The position numbers were made by a program, and so were the translations under genes. This document shows positions 35,682-40,319 of a stretch of 40,319 nt of DNA, one piece after another. The DNA is from Endomicrobiia bacterium (GTDB lineage Bacteria > Elusimicrobiota > Endomicrobiia > DTEH01), in NCBI GenBank assembly GCA_046292225.1, contig JBKBRH010000001.1:1-40319 (forward strand), given 5' to 3'. The notes under the pieces were generated by a model. It did no database searches. It was not told the DNA's origin and worked only from the letters and a program-made list of their open reading frames with translations. Every line of letters starts with the position of its first letter. Position 1 is the first letter of the stretch.

Positions 35682-36357
35682 AAAAATATTCTGCTAAATT
35701 TTTGTCATGTGTAATAAATATATATGAAAGTTTAAATTTTTCTTTTAACTCTGAGAAAAAATTTAACATTTGTGCTTGCAAAGAAATGTCTAAAGCTGAA
35801 AGTGGTTCGTCTAAAATTACTATCTTGGGGTACAAAGATATTATTGAAAGTATCGCTACACGTTGTTTTTGTCCACCAGAAAGTTGGTATGGGTACATAT
35901 CTAAAACTGTTTTTGGCAATTTTGTAATTTCTAACAATTCATCTATTTTTTGATCTATTATTTTTTTATCATATTTCAAATTATTTAATTTAAAATATTG
36001 TTTAATTTTTTCTTTTATCAAAAATTTTATTTTATATCTAGGATTAAGCATAGAGAATGAATTCTGAAACAACAGTTGTGTTTTAGTAGCAAATTCTTTA
36101 TAAGTATATTCTTTTATATTTTTACCATCAACAATTATTTCTCCAATATCAGGTTCTTCTATTTTTGAAATAATTTTTATCAAAGTTGTTTTCCCAACAC
36201 CAGACGGTCCTAAAACACCTAATGATGTGTTAAATTTCAACACAAAACTTAAATCTTTAAGAACCATTTTTTTATCCACTTCTAATTGCAAAAGATTTGA
36301 GTATATAGAATAACTTTTTGATAAAGATTTTACTTCCAAAATATTTTCAGTTATCAT
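35632..36357 (-). CDS. ABC transporter ATP-binding protein, OppF/DppF-like, core NBD only
   Basis: 241 aa. It has Walker A GPSGVGKTT, signature LSGGQKQR, Walker B ILDEPLSALD and H-loop ITHD. It ends right after the NBD, with no C-terminal oligopeptide-type extension. Confidence 0.85.
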   Translation of the reverse strand: MITENILEVKSLSKSYSIYSNLLQLEVDKKMVLKDLSFVLKFNTSLGVLGPSGVGKTTLIKIISKIEEPDIGEIIVDGKNIKEYTYKEFATKTQLLFQNSFSMLNPRYKIKFLIKEKIKQYFKLNNLKYDKKIIDQKIDELLEITKLPKTVLDMYPYQLSGGQKQRVAILSIISLYPKIVILDEPLSALDISLQAQMLNFFSELKEKFKLSYIFITHDKNLAEYFCDNILVLHEGGNYEIK

Positions 36358-36379
36358 AATTTTTAATATTTATTTTAAC

Positions 36380-37399
36380 TTATTCTTCGTACAACCAACA
36401 TTTAACTTTATGTGATTCTATATTAAAAACTTCAGGTTTTAAAATTTCACATTTTTTTTTCTTTTTACTGCAACGGTTTAAAAAAATACATTTTTTAAAA
36501 ATAAAATTTTCGTCATCCAAACTTACAGGATCGTAAGGTATAGCTGGCAATTTTTGTCCTTTTTTTGTAGAATCAATGTAACAAGATAATAAAAATTCTG
36601 TATAAGGATGAAGCGGATTTTTAAAAACATCTTGTGTTTTAGCAGATTCTATAATTTCTCCTAAATAGAGGATGAAAACATAATCTACATAATTTTTTAT
36701 TATACCTATATCATGGGTAATTAAAATTAAAGCTGAAGATTCTTTTTCAACCAAATCTTTTAATGTTATCAGTATCGAATCTTTTAAATCGGCATCTAAA
36801 GCAGTAGTAGGCTCGTCAGCAATTATAATTTCTGGCTTGTTTGCAATAGCAATTGTTATACATATCCGCTGTATCTGTCCACCAGAAAGTTGGTGTGGAT
36901 ACTTTTTATAAATTAACTCAGGTTCTTTTAAGTTTACCATTTCTAATAATTCTATTGTTTTATTATAAACTTCTTTTTTGTTATATTCTTTGTTATGATT
37001 TAAAATTACTTCCTCAATCTGTTTTCCTATAGGTATTACTGGATTTAACGCATTAAACGGATCTTGAAAAATTATACTTATATGATTCCCACGAATATGT
37101 CTAATTTCATCTTCAGAAATAATTTCTTGTTGTTTTATAATTTCATATTTATTTTTTTTACAACAGTTTTTTATTGGGAAAAATTCTAAGTTACCTGAAT
37201 AATTTGTTATTTTTTTATCATTAAGAAGTAAAATTGTGTTTGCTAAAGTGCTTTTTCCACAACCTGATTCACCAACAACAGCAATTTTTTCTTTTTTACA
37301 GATATTAACATTGATATCTCGTAAGATATAAAAAAATTTTTGGTTTAATTTAAAATTAACATTAAGGTTTTCAATTTTTAATATTGTATTTTCGTTCAT
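36380..37399 (-). CDS. ABC transporter ATP-binding protein, OppD/DppD-like, with Cys-rich C-terminal domain
   Basis: 339 aa. It has Walker A GESGCGKST, signature LSGGQIQR and Walker B IIADEPTTALD. The C-terminal cysteines are C304-x5-C310-x6-C317-x16-C334. Confidence 0.88.
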   Translation of the reverse strand: MNENTILKIENLNVNFKLNQKFFYILRDINVNICKKEKIAVVGESGCGKSTLANTILLLNDKKITNYSGNLEFFPIKNCCKKNKYEIIKQQEIISEDEIRHIRGNHISIIFQDPFNALNPVIPIGKQIEEVILNHNKEYNKKEVYNKTIELLEMVNLKEPELIYKKYPHQLSGGQIQRICITIAIANKPEIIIADEPTTALDADLKDSILITLKDLVEKESSALILITHDIGIIKNYVDYVFILYLGEIIESAKTQDVFKNPLHPYTEFLLSCYIDSTKKGQKLPAIPYDPVSLDDENFIFKKCIFLNRCSKKKKKCEILKPEVFNIESHKVKCWLYEE

Positions 37400-37401
37400 A
37401 T

Positions 37402-38211
37402 CTATATTTTTTCTTTTGGATTAAATAATATTCTTAACCCTTCAGCTAATAAGTTGAATCCAATAACCGTGACAAATATAGCTACCCCAGGAAACAAAGA
37501 AAGCCACCAGGCAATATGAATATAGTCTTTCCCTGAAGATAAAATATTTCCCCAGGAAGGTTCTGGCGGTTGAACACCTAAACCTAAAAAAGATAACCCT
37601 GATTCGGTTAATATTGCTGAACCTATACCTAAACTAAAAGATACTACTATAGGAACCAAAACGTTTGGCAAAATATGTACAAACAATATTCTAAACGAAG
37701 ACAATCCTGCAAGTTTTGCTGACAAAACATATTCTGAAGATTTGATTTTTAACACTTCTGCACGAACATACCGTGCTAATCCAGGCCAGGAGGTTAGTCC
37801 TATGACTATCATAATATTATAAATACTTGGTTTTAAAAAAGCAATTACTAAAATTATTAAAAAAAATGTTGGAAAACACAACATTATATCTACTAACCTC
37901 ATTATAAAATCATCTACAAATTTGCCATAATAACCGCTTATAAGTCCTAATATTGTTCCAATCAAAGTTGCTATACCTACAGAAATAAATCCAACACTTA
38001 AAGATACTCTTGATGCATAAATCATCCTTGAAAACACATCTCTTCCTAACTCGTCAGTACCAAATAAATTTTTAAAAGAAGGTCCTTGAAGACGATAAGC
38101 CAAATTTTGTTCATAAGGATTATGTGGAGAAATAAATTTTGCAAAAAAAGCAGTTATTATTAAAAGACCTACTATTATTATGCCAGCAATTAATGAATTA
38201 TTTTTTTTCAT
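37402..38211 (-). CDS. ABC transporter permease, OppC/DppC-like
   Basis: 269 aa with six hydrophobic segments. N-terminal strings are PHNPYEQNL and LFGTDELGRDVFSR, and LSAKLAGLSSFRILFVHILPN is the EAA-loop region. Confidence 0.88.
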   Translation of the reverse strand: MKKNNSLIAGIIIVGLLIITAFFAKFISPHNPYEQNLAYRLQGPSFKNLFGTDELGRDVFSRMIYASRVSLSVGFISVGIATLIGTILGLISGYYGKFVDDFIMRLVDIMLCFPTFFLIILVIAFLKPSIYNIMIVIGLTSWPGLARYVRAEVLKIKSSEYVLSAKLAGLSSFRILFVHILPNVLVPIVVSFSLGIGSAILTESGLSFLGLGVQPPEPSWGNILSSGKDYIHIAWWLSLFPGVAIFVTVIGFNLLAEGLRILFNPKEKI

Positions 38212-38212
38212 C

Positions 38213-39181
38213 TTATTTATATCTTATCCTTGGATCTATATATACATATATTATATCAGCTAAAAAATTACCTAATAAAGTAAGCAAAGCAGTAATAACA
38301 CTTATTCCCATAATTAAAGGATAATCTCGAGACATTACAGCTTCATAGCCTAACCTTCCCATACCAGGGTATGCAAAAACTGTTTCAAAAATAAATCCCC
38401 CACCTATTAAATCTGGCAAAGATAAACCTAATATTGTCACTACAGGAATTAAAACATTTTTAAACGAATGATAAAATACAATTTTTTTAGTATCACATCC
38501 TTTGCTTAATGCAAATTTTATATATTCAGAATTAAGTTGTTCTATCATACTTGCGCGGATATATCTTGTAAGCCCAGCTAATCCACCAAATGCTGAGATT
38601 AAAACAGGTAATACTAAATGTTTAACAATATCTAAAACTTTTTCAAAAAATGGTAGGTAATCAAAATTAACGCTTCTTAACCCAGAAATTGGTAATATTT
38701 TTAATTTTATACCAAACAATATCATACACAAAATTGCTAACCAATATTTGGGTACAGAATAACCTAAAAATACAATAAAAGAAATAAGTTTATCTAAAAA
38801 TTTGTTTTGGTACATAGAAGATAAAATTCCAAGCAAACACCCGCCAAAAAAAATAATACTTAACGACAAAATATTCAACATCAATGTTGCAGGTAATCTT
38901 TGTAAAATTTTTTCTATAACAGGTTTATCATCTTTTAAAGAATTGCCAAAATCTAATTTAACAAATCTTGAAAACCATTTTATGTATCTTATATGTATTG
39001 GTTTATCTAATCCATAAAGTTTTATAAGTTTTTGTTTTGCTTCATAAGAAATTTTTGTAGAAAATTCTAACATATCCTGTGGTTTACCAGGCGAGATGTT
39101 GATCACAAAAAATGTAACAAAACTTATTCCAATAAAAGTTATAATCAAATATAAAAATTTTTTTAGTACAATTTTAACCAT
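38213..39181 (-). CDS. ABC transporter permease, OppB/DppB-like
   Basis: 322 aa. The EAA-loop region is YIKFALSKGCDTKKIVFYHSFKNVLIP and the C-terminus is ADIIYVYIDPRIRY. Confidence 0.88.
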   Translation of the reverse strand: MVKIVLKKFLYLIITFIGISFVTFFVINISPGKPQDMLEFSTKISYEAKQKLIKLYGLDKPIHIRYIKWFSRFVKLDFGNSLKDDKPVIEKILQRLPATLMLNILSLSIIFFGGCLLGILSSMYQNKFLDKLISFIVFLGYSVPKYWLAILCMILFGIKLKILPISGLRSVNFDYLPFFEKVLDIVKHLVLPVLISAFGGLAGLTRYIRASMIEQLNSEYIKFALSKGCDTKKIVFYHSFKNVLIPVVTILGLSLPDLIGGGFIFETVFAYPGMGRLGYEAVMSRDYPLIMGISVITALLTLLGNFLADIIYVYIDPRIRYK

Positions 39182-39260
39182 ATATTTTTTAATTTTGTAA
39201 AAGTTTTTATTTTATGAAAGTAATTTTATAAAAAATTAAAATTTTTTTCTATATATTGAA

Positions 39261-39283
39261 AGATAAAAATATATTTTTTATCT
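39261..39283. promoter_or_regulatory. 9-bp inverted repeat (AGATAAAAA-TATAT-TTTTTATCT) in the divergent intergenic region; possible operator
   Basis: Read directly. It overlaps a TTGAAA hexamer at 39256-39261 and a possible TATCTT -10 at 39279-39284 on the plus strand. Weak evidence in such AT-rich DNA. Confidence 0.3.
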
Positions 39284-39296
39284 TAGTATAAAAATT

Positions 39297-40319
39297 ATGA
39301 AAATACAAATTTTATATTTTTTATTTCTTACACTTTTTAACACTGCTTGTGCACAACAACAAACACAAAAGATAAATACTGACGAAGTTGTAGTTTCTTC
39401 TAATACGATAAATAAAAAATTTGTAGGTAAACCAAAATATGTCCGTGGGATACATTTATCCAGTTGGATTGCAGGAACACAAAAGTATAAAAAACGTTTT
39501 GAACCTTATTTTGGTAGAGATAAATTAAATACAGTAGTAATAGCAATAAAAGAATATGAAGGAGAAATTTATATAAATGTTGAAGAAATAAAGAAAAAAT
39601 ACAACCCTCCAATAATACCTATCCCAAAAATAGAACAATACTTAGAAGAGTTAAAATCCAAAGGTGTCTACCCGATAGCAAGGATAGTTATTTTTAAAGA
39701 TGATTATTTAGCAAAAAATTTTCCACATTTAGCAGTGAAAACTCCTGACGGTAATGTTTGGAAAGATTACAAAGGTATTTCCTGGACAGATCCTTATAAC
39801 AGGGAAGTTTGGGATTACAATATTGAAATAGCAAAAAAAGCAATAGATCTTGGGTTTGAAGAAATACAATTTGACTATATTCGTTTCCCGTCAGACGGAA
39901 ATACTAAATTGTGCAGATATTCACAAAAACATACATCAACTACAGCACAAGAAGTGTTAGTAGAATTTTTAAAATATGCAAAAGAGAAACTTTCTCCAAC
40001 AGCTCTTTCAATAGATGTTTTTGGTTTAACACCTTCAGTAGAACACGATATGGGTATAGGACAAAGATTTTTACAAATGGCAGAAGTTGTAGATTTTATT
40101 TCTCCGATGATGTATCCCTCACATTATAGAAAAGGTGAATATGGAATTTCTGACCCTAATAAAGAACCATACAGAACTGTTTATAAAACAGTTTCTGATG
40201 CAAAAAAACTTTTAGCTGAAAAATCTTATAAACTCAGACCTTATTTACAAGATTTTTCGCTTGGGTATAAGTACGGACCTGAAGAAGTGAAAGCACAAAT
40301 TAAAGCTTGTTATGACAAC
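39297..40319 (+). CDS. Putative lipoprotein with DUF4015-like TIM-barrel glycoside hydrolase domain (3' end runs off the window)
   Basis: Not in the ORF track. Hand translation from ATG 39297 stays open for 341 codons to 40319. The sequence starts MKIQILYFLFLTLFNTAC (signal peptide plus Cys), then RGIHLSSW, WTDPYNREVWDYNIEIAKKAIDLGFEEIQFDYIRFP and ISPMMYPSHY. I recognise these strings from the 'putative glycoside hydrolase' DUF4015 family. Confidence 0.75.
   Translation, partial: MKIQILYFLFLTLFNTACAQQQTQKINTDEVVVSSNTINKKFVGKPKYVRGIHLSSWIAGTQKYKKRFEPYFGRDKLNTVVIAIKEYEGEIYINVEEIKKKYNPPIIPIPKIEQYLEELKSKGVYPIARIVIFKDDYLAKNFPHLAVKTPDGNVWKDYKGISWTDPYNREVWDYNIEIAKKAIDLGFEEIQFDYIRFPSDGNTKLCRYSQKHTSTTAQEVLVEFLKYAKEKLSPTALSIDVFGLTPSVEHDMGIGQRFLQMAEVVDFISPMMYPSHYRKGEYGISDPNKEPYRTVYKTVSDAKKLLAEKSYKLRPYLQDFSLGYKYGPEEVKAQIKACYDN

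Noticed and set aside
36452-36466. T9-C-T5 tract (the KKKKK codons of the OppD-like gene) as a phase-variation switch.
   Set aside because: Homopolymer runs of this length are frequent throughout this AT-rich window, for example at 9432..9440. Nothing suggests on/off selection for a transporter ATPase.
315-38324. All plus-strand track ORFs of 60-135 aa nested inside minus-strand genes, including 315..569, 938..1153, 1908..2159, 2521..2928, 5105..5425, 13569..13901, 18781..19092, 31581..31847, 32991..33233 and 38139..38324.
   Set aside because: Each lies antisense within a long minus-strand gene that has strong family motifs. Their products are low-complexity, Phe/Leu/Ile/Ser/Lys-rich peptides, as expected from antisense AT-rich DNA. 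None has a recognisable motif or SD site.
39400-40129. Track ORFs 39400..39612 (-) and 39911..40129 (+).
   Set aside because: Both overlap, in other frames, the 341-codon open plus-strand frame starting at 39297. That frame has a lipoprotein leader and glycoside-hydrolase-like motifs.
1-40319. Alternative genetic code (UGA reassignment, as in some small-genome uncultivated lineages).
   Set aside because: TGA terminates long family-typical ORFs. One example is the ATGA overlap at 13241..13244. All conserved proteins have normal lengths under the standard code, and Trp is encoded by TGG.

Overview
Very AT-rich, extremely gene-dense bacterial segment that reads cleanly with the standard code: TAA, TAG and TGA all end ORFs, and GGAGG-type Shine-Dalgarno sites are visible. 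Thirty-four consecutive genes lie on the minus strand, one of them truncated at position 1. A single divergent plus-strand gene starts at 39297 and runs off the right edge. Both edge genes are missing from the supplied ORF track and were found by hand translation. In transcription order (right to left) the minus-strand array is: an Opp/Dpp-type ABC importer with no binding-protein gene (39181-35632); cca; coaD; two paralogous PilB/GspE/MshE-family ATPases plus pilT (33593-28975); a ~23.5 kb Wzx/Wzy-type glycan assembly cluster (28966-5460); then ribH, nusB, ligA, a DUF362 Fe-S protein, a Mut7-C RNase-domain protein and a membrane spermidine-synthase-like gene. The glycan cluster holds a fused Wzz/BY-kinase, a Wzy_C-family protein, a Wzx flippase, nine GT2/GT4 domains, two methyltransferase domains, an AsnB amidotransferase fused to a GT4, a membrane PHP-domain protein, WbqC, a DegT aminotransferase, an ExeA-like AAA ATPase, a PIG-L deacetylase and a WecA-like initiating transferase. 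No rRNA, tRNA, CRISPR array, transposase or integrase was seen. The most unusual content falls in four groups. First, pilus-motor ATPases with c-di-GMP-receptor-like N-termini directly abut the glycan cluster, with no other pilus gene in 40 kb. Second, the cluster has a gene content like a PEP-CTERM/exosortase-type EPS locus but no exosortase, OPX exporter or LMW phosphatase. Third, there are two large fusion enzymes (AsnB-GT4 and GT4-methyltransferase). Fourth, a PHP metallohydrolase-like protein is split by a transmembrane hairpin. I cannot show a wholly new system from sequence alone. These are hypotheses from domain content and gene order, each with a stated test.
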